Source: Marsupella aquatica (Eukaryota; Plantae; Marchantiophyta). From it: DNA of 64,000 nucleotides. The stretch is from NCBI GenBank assembly GCA_973895155.1, contig OZ316899.1, forward strand, positions 10,104,287-10,168,286, read 5' to 3'. Made by a program: the position numbers and the translations under genes. The notes under the pieces are model-generated. The model ran no database searches. It was not told where the DNA came from and worked only from the letters and a program-made list of their open reading frames with translations. Numbering within the stretch: the first letter of the stretch is position 1; the number at the start of each line of letters is the position of its first letter. Below, in pieces: positions 1-13,505 of this stretch.

Positions 1-875
1 ACAGGCAAAATCTCCTCTCTCCCGTCTCTTTTTCTTTGTATCTTTCCTTAGACTTGATTACCAATTTCCCCTGATATGTTCTAGCAAATTCAATTGATAA
101 GCTTTAGCAATGCAGCACAACAAAAGGAAGATGATAAGCGTTATACCCTGCAAGACGTCGCCTCCCCTCAAGCGAGAGATGCTGCCAATTATGCAGATAG
201 AGCAAGCAATGATGAATGAATACAAAGATGGAGCAAGATCCTCCAGAAGTAGCAAGGCAGCCCGACCCTGAATAAGCGATCACCAACTTCAACCTCATTG
301 CAAATCTCATAGCCAAGCTCTGCTTCAGTAGCAAGCACATCGATTCACAATTCCTATCCTACAAGTATGCGCTCCATAGAAAATTAGGCAAAAGAACTGC
401 CCAAAAAATACTACAAACCTGATCACCCTTAGATGTTTTTTTTGACAAGTATTCGACACTACAGTATAACCAAATGATTACATTACACTCAAACTCAAGT
501 TAAACTTGATTTAGATTAGGTTACATTATACCAATCACCATTTATGCCCTTTATTTACCCTGGTTCTCCAACATAAGTATGGTTGTGGCACTCTCCCTCC
601 ATGAAGAAAGTAAGGAGGGTTTTAAGGAGACCAAACCAGCATATGTTAAACCAGACCAACCTAAGGTTAAGCTTTAACCAATTGTGGTTGATTTCTTTTC
701 ACTAACCCAATCAACCAAGGGGGAGTGTTAAGAATTAAAAACTAACCCTGGTTGAGTAGACTAGATAGCGGTTACACAACCACCTATCCACTATCCTATA
801 TGTAAGAGTGCATGATCAATGGAAAGACAACTTGTTGGGTGCATCTTCTCTTGGCTATGGTGTTGTGTCATAACA
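1..875 (+). mobile_element. 3' end of a Ty1/copia (Bianca-like) LTR retrotransposon; 3' LTR ~726-875
   Basis: PPT caagggggag is directly followed by TGTTA...TAACA (150 bp). It has the same PPT/LTR junction and a similar 3'-UTR motif (ggttttaaggagac vs ggttttaatgagac) as the intact copia at 16836-23205. The 5' part lies outside the window. Confidence 0.65.
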
Positions 876-1076
876 GTAACTATAATTCTTAACAAGCTCA
901 AACAATTAGCTAATAACCCTATGTGACACCTTTCAGGGGGCGCACATAATCCCAGGTTCAACGTGTGAACGCCTTGAGAGCACTCTATGTCCAAGCCCAC
1001 TCTTGGAAGGAATGCCCTAGATCATAGTACTTTCTCACTCTAGAACCATCAACCCTGGTTGGCAACTCCTCTCCAT

Positions 1077-1301
1077 CTAGAGTAGCCAAAGACAAAGAAC
1101 CATTCTCAAAAATAGAAGCACTTGAAATGGACCAAGCCAACAAGTGTGCAACTTCCCTGGGAACTTCTGCTGTTGGTTGTCATACATCACCACCAGGTCT
1201 CCTTCTTCCACGGGGTCATGCTTGATCTTCTTATCAAGCCTCTTTTTCCTTTGTTCTTCGACTACTTGAGTCCTCTCCAAAGCAATCTCTCTCTCCTCAT
1301 C
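1077..1301 (-). pseudogene. Ty3/gypsy integrase C-terminal fragment (GPY/F module), distal half of a relic split by CACAA element 1
   Basis: EEGDLVVMYDN...KFPGKLHTCWLGPF resembles the integrase tail at 59895-60461. It joins in frame to 12344 (EELD|EEREIA) once the insertion and one ATC copy are removed. Confidence 0.85.
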
Positions 1302-1810
1302 CACAACTACATTTCACTACGTCGTGACTTCCTTTCGCGTCATGTGACACGACGTTACTCCCCAGTACATCTCCCTCTACGTCGTAACCCAAAATGGGTT
1401 TACCCATTTGACTTTCCTTCCCATTTTACGTCGTCTAGAGGGTCTTTAATTTAACGTATCTCCCAATAGGGCTATTTACGTCTTTTATAACGAGGCAAAC
1501 ATGTAGACGTCGTCCCAGACGGTGTAACAGAATAGGGTTGGGTCGACGTATAGATGTACGTCGTTTCAGACGTGGCTATAACGGATACTATGCTATGACG
1601 ACGTATAATGGATGTTGGGCGATGTTAGACGTATATGACCAATGTGGGAAACGACGTTAATGGAATCCAATTGGCATGCGTAAGGTTTTTTGCGGGAGTT
1701 TTTGGGGCAAGGCTACTGGGACCTCACTGCACAGGTCATTCGTGATTTCAGATGTCCTACGGGTACGATAGTGCACAAAATTTGCAGAGTGAGATTGAAA
1801 GTCTTCAACT

Positions 1811-2371
1811 ATGGTACGTAAGATATTCAAGGATGTCCACTGTTGTTTTCTTCCGCTAGGTGAAGAAGACAAGACTGTTCGTGGCTTTTTTTGTCGTGGA
1901 GGTGTGATAGACAAGTTTTGTAACTCAAAGACGGAATACTTGCTTGCCAATACCTGGAAACAAGTCACAGAGCACTTCAGTGACTATCCTGGATTGATCG
2001 AGCACTTTGCAGAGTCCGTGCATTTCATCTCGATTTGTTGGGTACAGTACTCCATTCTGGGCAATAAGGAGTTGGACCCATAAGAGTTTTTGCTGCATCC
2101 AGGGGATGATTTGATGCTGGACGATACGCCCAAGGATGATGCTGGTGAGGCTTGTCCACCAAAGTTGGCTAAATGTCAGTTGTCACCGACTGAACTTGAT
2201 ATTGTGATGTATGACTACAAGGAAAGCTGTGCAGCTGAGATTGAGGCTGAAAGGCTGAAGGTTGGTGAAGCAGTGGTCCGCAAGAAATGGAAAGCCAGCA
2301 ATAGGCGTGATTTGTACAAAAAGAGGAAGGCAGATGAGGAGTACTACTGGTCTGGTGAAGGGACCCCTTAA
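1811..2371 (+). pseudogene. Conserved accessory ORF of unknown function in the CACAA family (one in-frame stop at 2081-2083)
   Basis: ORFs 1811-2083 and 2090-2371 are in the same frame. A clear homolog lies at the same relative position in element 2 (~15600-16144), and both end ADEEYYWSGEGTP. Confidence 0.65.
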
Positions 2372-3007
2372 GCTACACTAGTGCCAAGGTCAGCTGGAGA
2401 CGGAGGAGCATCATTTGCCTAGGATTGGAATCAGTTTAGACTGGAGTCAGACTCATGCCTTATGTGCACGTTGTATGTTTCTGAGCGCATGAATAAAAAG
2501 TCCCTCCCAGGCAATTTATATTTGTAATGTGTTTTGTGAGTAACGTCGATTGAAACTTTGAACGTCATCAGAAGAATGGTTAAATAAACGTTTACGTCGT
2601 TTAAGACACGGTAACACAATCTACGTCGTCTACTACGAGGTAAACCAAGGACGTACTATGTATACGTCGTTTGTACAAAGTATCTATGACGTAACTATAG
2701 ATTAACGTCTTCATTATGGGTATAAGCGACCTTTGATTGTCTAATGACGTTGAGGTTGACGTTAATAAGTTTGAAGTGTCAATTGGCCTACGTGATAAGG
2801 GTTTACGTGCTAGGACCCATTGAAGGTTGTTCGAAGGCCGAGGTTTAATGCTTTTTAATGTGTTCTTAGCTATAAAGTGAGGAAAGAAGAAACTTTGCAC
2901 AACTCTCCCTCCAGTTTGCCAGATCTCAAACGTCGAAACATATGTCAATATATATGTGGAAGGTGGGCATAGCCAATACATATAAATGGAGGGTGTGAAG
3001 GATAGTG

Positions 3008-6000
3008 TCAGTCCGCATCGTCTGCAAGGACTGATGCCATGAAGCCCTTCCTTCGCCGAGGGAAAATTGGTATGACAATGGACCATCTTCTCATGGTCTG
3101 CATCGGAACCATAATGCACTGATCCACCTGGCTAGGAAAAACTATGGTGTCACTAAACTCAGTCCCTGTGGGTGCAACTCGGGTTGTGTCCACGCGATAA
3201 AAACCACACTCATCCGCAACCATCGTAGCTCTCGTTGGGGGTGACATGATCGACTTGTGCCACCTCACCTCTAGTACAGTGGTGACAAATGACCCAAAAT
3301 GAACATCTAAAATGTCCACAACTGTCCCACAATAAGGAACCTCTACATCATCTACATCAGTCATCATGAAGATTCCAGAGTTACAAGTACTCTTCTTCAT
3401 ATGGTCTGTCCTCCAAGTCCGAAAGTGATGCCCTGACTCATACATGTGTGTATGAGTCGTGGCCCGCATCCCTGGCCCTCTAATGATGTTTTGTACATCA
3501 ATGGGAATGGATGTAGACCCATGCACAGCCAAGAGCCTCTCCATGCGCTCCAAAGCCCAGACACAAAATGATGCAATGCCACGACCTGCTTGCGCAACTC
3601 CCACTTGAAGCTCCAACCATGCACTGCCAAATACGTTGTCACAAGATTGTTAGAGATTTGCAGCCTTCTCAAATCCAATTCACAATCGATTAAAATTTTA
3701 GAGTACCATACCTATACATCTCCCTCCAATCAGACATCTCCGGTCGATTCCCCAACACATAATTATGGATCTGTCGATGAAAGATGTCATCATCCAATGA
3801 TCGCTTCTTGGCCGCACCCATCAATCGCAGCCCACCATTGTCATCATCTTGTGCCTCTTCCCAAGTTGTGGGAGCTTTGCTATCCAAACTCCCTATCACC
3901 CCCCCGGAATAGAAAAGACACTCTGACATAATGAACCCTGTTGCCATACTTCCCTCAGGTCGAGCGGGTTGACGCACCCAACCCTTGAGCACCTTCATAT
4001 ATCGCTCAACCCAATACATCCATCGGGCATGGACTGGGCCTGCAATGGCAACTTCATCCACCAGGTAACATAGCAAATGCATTTGCATGTCAAACAGTGC
4101 TGGGGGGAACACTCGCTCCAAATTGCACATCACTTGCGCCGTCCTCTCCCTCATCAAAGGAATCTCTGACTCCTTGATCTCCTTGGCACATACCCACCTA
4201 TGAGGCACTCAAAAACATGACAGGAATAAATATCACCGCCCAATCTGAAAGTGGGCTAAGATGGTTACCAATTCAATGCCTACTAACATTCCCTCTACTA
4301 AGATTCCTACAAACGTCGCTCTGCAGGACGTTCCTGAAGAGGGGTGACTTATACGACCTTGAATACGTCGTATGTGGAGTCTTATTTTTACATTACCTAG
4401 TTATAGATGACGTAAAGTATTAAGAGACTACGTATCCTCTCTAGAATGTCGTTTGAGACACCATAAATTTATGGTCCCATAACACCACAAAATCCACGAG
4501 TAAGATATTTCCAACCTGAAAATGGAGCACAACTCGTACACTATGAGTCGGAGTAGGTGGCGCTCTCTAGAATCATCGCAACAACGCAACACTGCAGGGA
4601 GCACATGCTGTATCAACTTGTGATAATCGTGGGACTTCAACCCTATCGGGGGGATGTACTCATTCCTCGTTGTGCACCCACGGAATCCAGCTTCGTAATG
4701 GCTCGGGAACTTCATCTCACAAATCATCCCATTCACATCCTTCAGAATGTCTCGAGGCAAAATCCAAGGGGCTGGTGGTGTCACCCCAGTACGTGCTGTC
4801 CAATAATTAAAGAGAATCAACTTGTTAGGGTTTGGGGTTTCAGGCAAATCCGGGCAACTTCTTACAAATTAAGGGTTGATCGATGTTTTATCATGTACCT
4901 GATATCCAACAGCTCTTCACAACTCCTACATTCTTTGCATCCACACGAACTCCACGAGTATCATTCTCACCATACATGTGCTTCACCAAATTCTTTGTGA
5001 CATTCACTTCAATGTGCATGGGGTCCAATAGCCACCGGATCTTGAGCATCTGCTTGCACAACATGGTAATCAAGTGAAAAACTCTAGCATTATGAGAGTT
5101 GATGAAAAAATCTATACACAACATTTGATAGGTATATTGTACCTACCCTCCAATAAGGCAAGTCCCACAATGCTGAGCGTCGGTTTACTCCACAATCTTT
5201 GGGTTTCAGCAGCTTAGCCTCCACCATCTCTGCCATTTGAATTTGAGCTTCTGCTGAAGGCGCATTAGGACATGGTCTTAACTCAGTCTGTGCCCAATGT
5301 CTTGTGTTACATCGCATGGGGTCATCCATTGACAATCTCATCCTGCTGCCCTCATATGTGGTTTTGTGCAATAGTACTGAGTACCTCCCATGCAACTCAG
5401 GGCCACATGAAGGGCAACCTGAGTACCCAGCCACCTTCAAGCCTGATATTGTGCCCATGCCTGCCAAAGAAACCCCATCATATTCCCACAATAAAAGAAG
5501 CCAAATGAAGACATAAAGTCATTTAGCACAATATAATCACATTTTGTAAGGTTTTTGAATTACCGGGCCCATCAGTGGTGCAATGGGTGATCATGACTCT
5601 CATGTTGAATGTCCTCCCATTGTCCGGTGCACGGGTGACATCTGTTGTTGGAGCCCCAATTTCCCACAAGTCATGTAGCTCTTCATAAGCTGGGGCCAAG
5701 CAAACATCTGGATTCTTGCAAGCCTCGGGACCGGGAATGATAGCTAGGAGGAGAACATGACCTTTTTTCATCGCCAACCATGGAGGGATGTTCTGATTTA
5801 TCAAAAGAACTGGCCAAATGGACTTTGGTTTCCGTCGCTGCTTGTATGGGTTTACCCCATCTATGGCCAACCCCAACCGAACGTTCCGTGGCTCTGCAGC
5901 AAAATCTGGCCATGTGGCATCAATGTGCTTCCATGCTGGACTATCTTGGTGATACCGCATTATCCCTGCTGGGGATTTGGTCTCGGCATGCCAAGTCTGT

Positions 6001-8909
6001 AGGGAGGATAGGTGTCTTCGCCGGTATAGATGCTGCAATCGGGGTGTGATTGGAAAATACCTCAGTACCTGAATGTACAACAACCATGAGGCGGCATTTC
6101 GTCATTAACATCACAAATACGTTGACGATAACTACGTTCCAAAAATCTTTATGATGTTCAATACGACGTATTACTTCTGTATTGAACATAACTACGTATC
6201 CTAAAAGTGAACGTTGTCCAGAACGACGTTATAGTTTCATGTTGAGCAGATCTACGTTCTCTAAACTTTTACGTTGCAAAAAGCGACGTTGGACTAAAAA
6301 ACGTCGTATGGAAAGACGTAAAAATCACAAGGGAGACGTTAGGGTTATTTACTTCTAGTTGAAAGACGTACTACTCACGAGGGCAACGTTAAGGGACACA
6401 AAACGCCGTAAAGTACGTCAAAAATTACTAAAATACAGATGTGGTACAGAGAGGATGTCATTACCTTCTCAGCAATCTTGTCTCCAATGGTATCAGGACG
6501 ATACCGTGGAAGGCCACATCGCTCAATTGGGCAATGGGTGAGGTCCAAGTACGGTCCTCTATACAAGATGCACCCATGAGGGCACATATGTATAGTCTCT
6601 AACGCCAGTCCGATAGATGATAACAACTTCTTAGCCTCCCTCACACATCCTGGAAGGTTGTTAGGTTGAGGCAAGAGTTTGTTGTGGAACAACGCAAAGA
6701 GTGCATCTGTATGGACATCTGATCCATTGAAAACCCCCTGTAAATTCAACATCAAGAGTGTGGCTCCCAACCTGCATTTGCATTGAAAACCACAAAGAAA
6801 CCAACTTTTTAATTAGTTTAAGGCATGCCATTGAGGATGGTCCAATTGGGGACTTAGGGTTTATGCACACCCTTAAGCAACATTACAGTAGAAAAACTAT
6901 AATAGCACCTCAGAGAAATGTACCGTGAGGTCGGGGAACCCTGGAATAGCGGAGTCCTGGATTCAGTTTCCAATTGGTCCCAATCATCTTCGTCTAGTTC
7001 CATGACAGGAGGGTCACCCTCAGGTACATGAGGTCCAAAGTGGATGTCCACAAGGTGCGCAAAAGCATCCTCTTCAAGAATAGGTGCATCCATATCATCC
7101 TCTACATCTTCATCAAAATCGTCATCATGTGCATCATGGTACTCATTCACATCCTCGTCCACATCCTCGTCCTCATGCACATGATCACTCTCAACATCTT
7201 CGTCGTCAGAAAAAGATAATGTGGCTCGCATGTGGAACGAACGGGCTGACTCCGTCATCATCGATGGATGAGGTGTAGGTGTTATATTTGGACCATCCTA
7301 TGCAAGACGTCAATATTAGATAAGGTCATCCCCAAATTAGACAATGTGTTCCCAATAGTGCATGAGGTAATGAAGGTCAAAGAATCCAATATAAGTCTCA
7401 CTCTGAGTAATGAATAAGTGATCAATAACATATATAATCTTCAATGCCAATCATAGTCTACAAATATCTCATCCCCTGCTCGAATGGTGCGGGTGGCATG
7501 TGTCAGGATGTAGTGACTGCATCCCAAGGGCAAACGAGGGTGACTCTGGTCATGGTACTCATGCCACTCAGCGTTGGGGCGGAACCCCAAACGCCGACAC
7601 CCCACTGTGCTATTGATGTAACCCGCCAAGTTTCCAGTACGAGGGGGGTAACCATCCATCTGAGTATACCTAGGGTCCAACTTTAGTGACATGCCATACC
7701 GACCAAAGGTTGGGCATTGGCGAGACAAGATACGCCATCTATGGGCCGAATACTTTGGCCCATAAAATGGAATCAACTCGGGCAGGTCCTCAGGTGCACA
7801 ACCTTCCGGCACCACAATATCCACGAGTGCAAATAATCCAAGACCTACGTCGTCTCCCAATGTGGATGGGAGGAGGACCCATGGCCTGGCTCCCGAACAA
7901 GCAGGACCATAGGGAGGCCAAACTGGGTTGGGAATGAGTCCTTTATGATGTCCAAGGCTCTCCCTCTTAACTCTCTTGGTGCTCGGGAAAAAGAGGCATC
8001 AAGAAAAGGACAGTGTGGCGGCACCGTCCTAGGGGTACGAGACGTAATGGACCGATGTCTAGTGGTGACCTCTACTCCCCTCTCAATAGGGTGACTCCGA
8101 ATGACCCTCCTCCTCCTATCAAAAACACGGTCTATTGCCCTTAACGTGGCATCGAGTGCTGATGGGGGAACTAGTGCTGTGAGCGCGCGACGTGCAACCT
8201 GTCTCATGTGGTCCAAGGGCGGAGAGACCACACACAAAATCTGTTTCACATGTGAACAAGAGAACTTCAGAAATCAGGGAAAAAACCATTCCAACTAAAC
8301 ACTCAAGAAACTCAAGAAACCCAAACATGTTATATTCAAAAATAAGGACTTAATGAATTGAATAGTGTCAATAAAGGTTTATGAATTACCTGATGTGTCG
8401 GGGGTACGTAACGGCCGTGGAGGCCTAAATGGCTAAGGACAGTGGTCCTCTCGTGGGAGACGACGCCCTTGCATCTACTACATGGGCAGGGCATCTTTCG
8501 GACTGGGCCAATCCCCTGAAGGGCAGCCATGGCCTCTCCAAACCTATCCTCATCCTCCGGCATGGGTGATCGGTGTCGGGGTGTGTGGTCATCAGAGGGA
8601 GACCTGGACCGGCGGTGGCGGTGGGACTGTCGATGGGACCTCCTATGCCTTCGTCGCTCCCGATGTCGATGATCCCTAGATCGGTACTCCCTATCTGAAG
8701 ACTGATCCCAACTCCTCTCAGACGAATGGTGCCTGCTCCTATCAGATGATAAGTCCCTCCTCCTCTCGGCTGAGTGGTATCTTGACCTCGCAGGTGAGTG
8801 CTCCCTCCTCCTCTCCCTCCCCCTATCATGAGAGCGGTACCTGTCTCGGTGATGTGCACCTCCATCATAGCGATCATCAGATGACCACTCCGATGAGCAC
8901 GAGGCCATG
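3008..8909 (-). CDS. Multi-exon CACTA TnpD/Tnp2 transposase (RS-rich exon + CPC..C..H transposase-associated motif, Transposase_21, DUF4218-like, DUF4216-like), possibly degraded
   Basis: Motifs MPCPCSRCK...HLGLHG; HMCPHGCILY; LRYFPITPRLQ; PRNVRLGLAIDGVNPY; LDPMHIEVNV; GLKSHDYH; HLLCYLVDE...GPVHARWMYWVERYMKVLKGWVRQPARPEGSMA; FPSQVDQC. GT-AG introns separate the ORF pieces. Confidence 0.9.
7441..8240 (-). CDS. SET-domain (lysine methyltransferase-like) exon nested in intron 1 of the transposase gene; one frame change between ~7860 and ~8000
   Basis: PSTLGDDVGLGLFA (motif I), GNLAGYINS...PNAE, HATRTIRAGDEIFVDY (terminal SET motif with the Tyr); no post-SET cysteines. Confidence 0.8.
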
Positions 8910-9426
8910 GCCTGCAATAGTACACACACATATACACGCAAACTTGCAAACTCAGCCTTGGAAATGGAACGTCGGGACCACTATAGTACCACAATATTTA
9001 CGTCAAGTAAAATGAAGTACTTTCACTTTACGTCGCCAAGAACACAATACACGACGTATTTCTTAAACCCTACGTCATGTACCGTACCCCACATGACGTT
9101 ACAGTAAACCCTACCTTTTAACGGTGTACAGAACAACGTTTAAATGAAAACGTCGTCTAGCACAACGTATTACTAATCGATCAATTAGGGCATCGTCGTG
9201 AAAAATGACGTAAATAGACAGAGAACGGCGGAAACACATTGTTGCGAACTCTGTCGCATTCTATTCGGAAAATACCGGGGCATAGTGTCGAATGTGAGTC
9301 ATTCGACCATTCCGCACACACCTCACCCCACATCTAGTGTTCTGTTCTGTTCGTGGCTCTAGTGAAGCTCTAGTGAAGCTCTAATCTTTGTGAAGGTCAT
9401 CTACATTTGCTCCAAGTCTCGCCTCA

Positions 9427-11592
9427 ATGTCACGTCCAACTTATCTGCCCCTCAGTATCAACTTTGATGCTGTGAAAGTTTCCATGGAAGACCCAGAGGA
9501 GGTGGAGAAGGTTCGAACAGCTTTGCGGTCAGCACATTCACTGATTGATGCTTTCAATCAGAGTTGGCAATTCATGGGAGGAACTGGGACGAAGGAGTCA
9601 CGATTTTTGGAATACCTTCAGAACATAGAAGTGAACGCTCTAGCATCCGACGTTGAGCCCGACATTCAAGCACCAGAGTTCTTGCGCGACCTTCCGGGGG
9701 CATCACTTGATCCTCTTGCTTCCTTCCCGCCCTTGATGGACTCAGTCTAGGACTATCCCTCGTTCTCTGGGATGGAGCCGGATTCACAACCACCCTGTGT
9801 TACTCCCATCAAGAGCCAAGTGAGGATTCAAAGATATGAGCCTGATGATTCAAGTACAGAGTTGCGGACACACAGAAGGCGACGTCGTTCCCGTTCTTTG
9901 AGTAGCAATAGTAGCATTGAGAGGAGACAAAAAAAGGGGAAGGGAAAGGAGCGCAGAGAAAGAGACAGCCGCAGCACACACAAGAGAAAAAGGGCTGAAC
10001 GAGATTCGAGGGTGGACAGAGATAGGAGAGGTCGAAGGTCACATCGACATTCACATTCAATCGGAGGAGGTCATCGGCGAGCTTCTCCTCACCGAACCGT
10101 TGCTACTCCTGCCAGCAAAGAACAACTGCCGGTCATCAGCCTGGCTGCTTTTGATGCGAAGCCAGAGGTGCTTGATGAGAAGGCGCTAACGAATCGAGTG
10201 CAGGTCTGCTGTACAAAACACTGCCCTGGGTGGACGACTTGGAAGGACCTCGTGCACAATACAAAGAAGTTTCAAGTACTCCTCAATGACATACAGGCCG
10301 GATTCAAGAATGGCAGAGAGATTGATTTTCGACACATCAGGCAGAAGATTGTGAGTTTCCTTGCTGACAAAAGATTCAGGTGGAGAAGCAAGGTCCGAGC
10401 AATGAAATGCGAGAAGATAGGGCAGTACCGTAAGCCTGAAGGGATGGCCGAGTCGGACTTCAACTTGATCGTGTCTGAACTTGAAGCACCCCCAGACACC
10501 CCAGTAGGAAAATGAGTGCACATGGGTGACAAAGCCACTACAGCTCGAAAGAATAGCGGACGCCTTCTAGTAACCAATTTCTGGGGGCAAGGAGGATGGC
10601 GAGGGTTCCTCGCAACCTACGTAAGTCTCGGACCCAACTTCCACGTTTTCATTTCGCTGCTCCGGTGTAAACCATAGTGTAACGTCAAGATTTTGAAATT
10701 ACGTCGCCTGATTCATTCATAACGTCGTCCATAACAACGTTAACTTTGATTTGTAACTTCATCTGAGACGTACCTTAGGAAGAACGTCGTCCTTGAGACG
10801 TTACATGTACCGCTTTAGTGAAAACGTCGTTAGAGCGACGTTAACTAGATATGCAACGCATGGAACGACGTTAGCACCGATGCTGAGAGGGTTGAATACG
10901 TGCTTAGGAACGACGTTCTTTTGCTTTCTCGCAGAAACGCAAGTTTGGTGTCGATGCCGAGCCGTCGGAGGAGGAGCGGCTGTACTCGAAATGGTATGGC
11001 CCGGCAGCGCTATGGGCCAAGTTGGCCTCAGTCCCGGAGGATCACCGGGTAAGAGCTAAAGTGATTGCTAGGTTGTAGTTGACTTTAGGCCTACTCTGTG
11101 ACATTAACTGACCATAATGCTATCATGCAGGTGGAGGATTGGACTCCTCCGGAGGGCTTGGTTGCACGGGCCATCCCTGAGGATCACTTGCCAGCCAGGG
11201 TACCGCCCGAGGAGGGTTTGCAGGAGGAGGCTCACGTAGATTGCGGGCAGGAGGAGGCAGAGACTCATGGGGGGCGTACTAGTGGCCAAGGCCGGAGGGA
11301 GAGAGAGAGAGCCAAGGGAGGGAGAGAGAGGGAGATAGGGAGAGATAGGTCAGATAGACGGAGGGGGAGGGAGAGGGAGAGGAGGAGGAGGGATGACACT
11401 AGGCGACCTCCACACAGTAAGGGGAGTAGGCCAGTGACTACTCATAGGGCTGCAACACAGGCAGATACGTTGTCCCCCAATACCACTAGCTTAGAGGAGG
11501 ATGACTCCAGGTACGAGTTGCGCCCGAGAGGCGTACAACCCACTTCTACACGCAGGTCTGGACGTGATACCAGGCGGACTGAGCGTGACTAG
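9427..11592 (+). pseudogene. Second, divergently oriented gene of element 1 (TnpA-like; RS/R-rich), 3 exons, 2 in-frame stops
   Basis: 9427-10620 is one frame with stops at 9748 and 10513. Introns run gtaagt 10621..ag 10934 and gtaaga ~11049..ag 11130. The TnpA-like label is inferred from position only. Confidence 0.6.
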
Positions 11593-12343
11593 GGTATAGC
11601 CTATTTTACTTGCCCGACTTCATCCTCCATTTTGTACATATTTGGCCCATAACAATATTATCTAATACGACACTTTTCGCGGATTACAACGTCTATACCA
11701 TATGCATATTGAATGTGTATCCCTAAACCCCAACTGCCTACCCAAATAATGCTCACCCCATTGTAACCCTAGCTTAAGTGTGTTTATAACCTCCAATAAG
11801 GTTGTATGGCAGGGTCCGACATAATATACGGGGCGTCGTTCATTCATAAAGTTACCAAGCTTCTCACAAGGTATGACCCAGACGTAGTCTTCCACTTTCA
11901 CACAACGTCGTTCATGACATCGATATATGATAACAACGTCTTATCACACCACGTAAACCAATGAACGAATTCACATTACATCAAACGGAACGGTGTCCCA
12001 GACATCGTTACAAACACTGACGTTGTCTTATACGAGGGAGTCAACGTCGTCAATCACGACGTTTTGTTTGTATTAACGTCAGTTCGTGCGACGTTCAATG
12101 GACATGGAAATCTACATTAGCCCAGTACTCTAACGATGCATAGGACGTCGTGCACACAAAGAACCACGTTGGCGGTGTGGCAATGTGCATTGTGTGAGAC
12201 GACGTAAGAAACCACGTCAATATAGACGTCCAGAACGTTGCCAATTTTACCTTGGGGATTCCGTGTTTCCGTTTAGAGTTTCATACGTCGAGATTAGCCT
12301 GTTGTGAGGCAACGTTAAGTTGAGTCAAAATGTAGTTGTGATC

Positions 12344-12690
12344 CAACTCCTCAATCTTGGGCAACCTGCTATCTAGCCATTCCTCTGGTTTAGGATGCTC
12401 CTCATTGGTGCAATCAGTCCTTAACTCTGACTCCACAATTGATAATGGGTTCTATCCATAGACCAAGAAGTAAGGGCTCTTCCCAGTGGTGCTCTTCTCA
12501 GCTGTATTGTATGCATCAACAGCTGAAGCAAGCTTCTTATCCCAATTGGACTTATGTGCTTCAACCATCTTGGTTAGAATGGTGCACACAATTCCATTAG
12601 CTCTCTCAGTCAAGCCATTAGCCTTGGGGTTGTAGGGTGTAGTGGGCCTATGCCTGATTTGGTATTGCTCAGTGATGGTTTCCTTGAAAC
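12344..12690 (-). pseudogene. Ty3/gypsy integrase core fragment
   Basis: HRPTTPYNPKANGLTERANG...WDKKLASAVDAYNTAEKSTTGKSPYFLVYG. Confidence 0.9.
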
Positions 12691-12691
12691 G

Positions 12692-13505
12692 TTTTATATT
12701 TTTTATAAATTTTGCCACGCAAACCCCATGGTAGAGGAAACAAACAGGCACACAAAAGCCAGCCGACCAAGCAGCTCAGAAACAAACATAGCAATACAAC
12801 ACCAACAGCGAGATCCAATACCCGCTCACCGGCCAATGGCCCCAAACCGTCAATCCGTTTTCCCTCCCATGGCCTTTATTTGGAACAATCAGCCCCAAAG
12901 CTTAGCCTACAGTAGCTACCTATCACTGCCCACAGTATCTGCCTAACCCGATGTGACCCATATATCCCTTTGTTTCAACCATTCTAATTGCTCACAGTTT
13001 ATCATTTCCTTAGCACATACTAATCGCGTTTTTTGGTTGCACACAGGCAGTGTGAGCAAAATGGTAGAAACATGGTCAGCAGCCCCCACTAGGATAAATC
13101 TGTAGTCCATTTTCTGGTGCCATTTTCTTGGAACATGTGTTTGTTGCGCCTAAGCCACAATGACCGCAACATCTGATATAGGATCACCATCATTACCACC
13201 TTGCCATGGTGCCGACCGATAGCGGAGTCCACCAACCCAATCAATCCCCCAAAATATCCAGCAAAAAGACCACCAAAGCTCTGTGAGCAGAGAGCCCAAC
13301 ATTTCTATGCATGTGTTTATTCCAAAAATAGATGTGGATAGGTTTCCAATTGCCCAGGGCAAAGCTTACATTCCCCATTACCTTTACCAATTCTAGCAGC
13401 CCTCACTCCGGTGAACAGTCCGGATGCAATTACTCTCCACATAAAGGTTTTGGCTTGCATTGCCATGCCTGAACCCCAGATGCCAACCCAACGGGTATAA
13501 CCACC
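12692..13505 (-). mobile_element. 3' relic of an L1-like non-LTR retrotransposon (zf-RVT region)
   Basis: W.GIW...KTFMWR...L.T...CKLCPGQLETYPHLFLEC matches the zf-RVT pattern. An A-rich tract on the minus strand at ~12692-12712 may be the tail. Boundaries are approximate. Confidence 0.7.

Larger units (their letters stand above)
1302..12340 (-). mobile_element. CACTA/EnSpm-superfamily DNA transposon with CACAA termini (element 1, 11,039 bp)
   Basis: 13-bp TIR CACAACTACATTT (1302) / AAATGTAGTTGTG (12340); 3-bp TSD ATC (1299-1301, 12341-12343); Tnp2-type transposase inside. Confidence 0.95.

Noticed and set aside
1315-1330. CACTAC as the left terminus of element 1
   Set aside because: No matching right end. 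The TIR/TSD pair and the restored integrase frame place the end at 1302.
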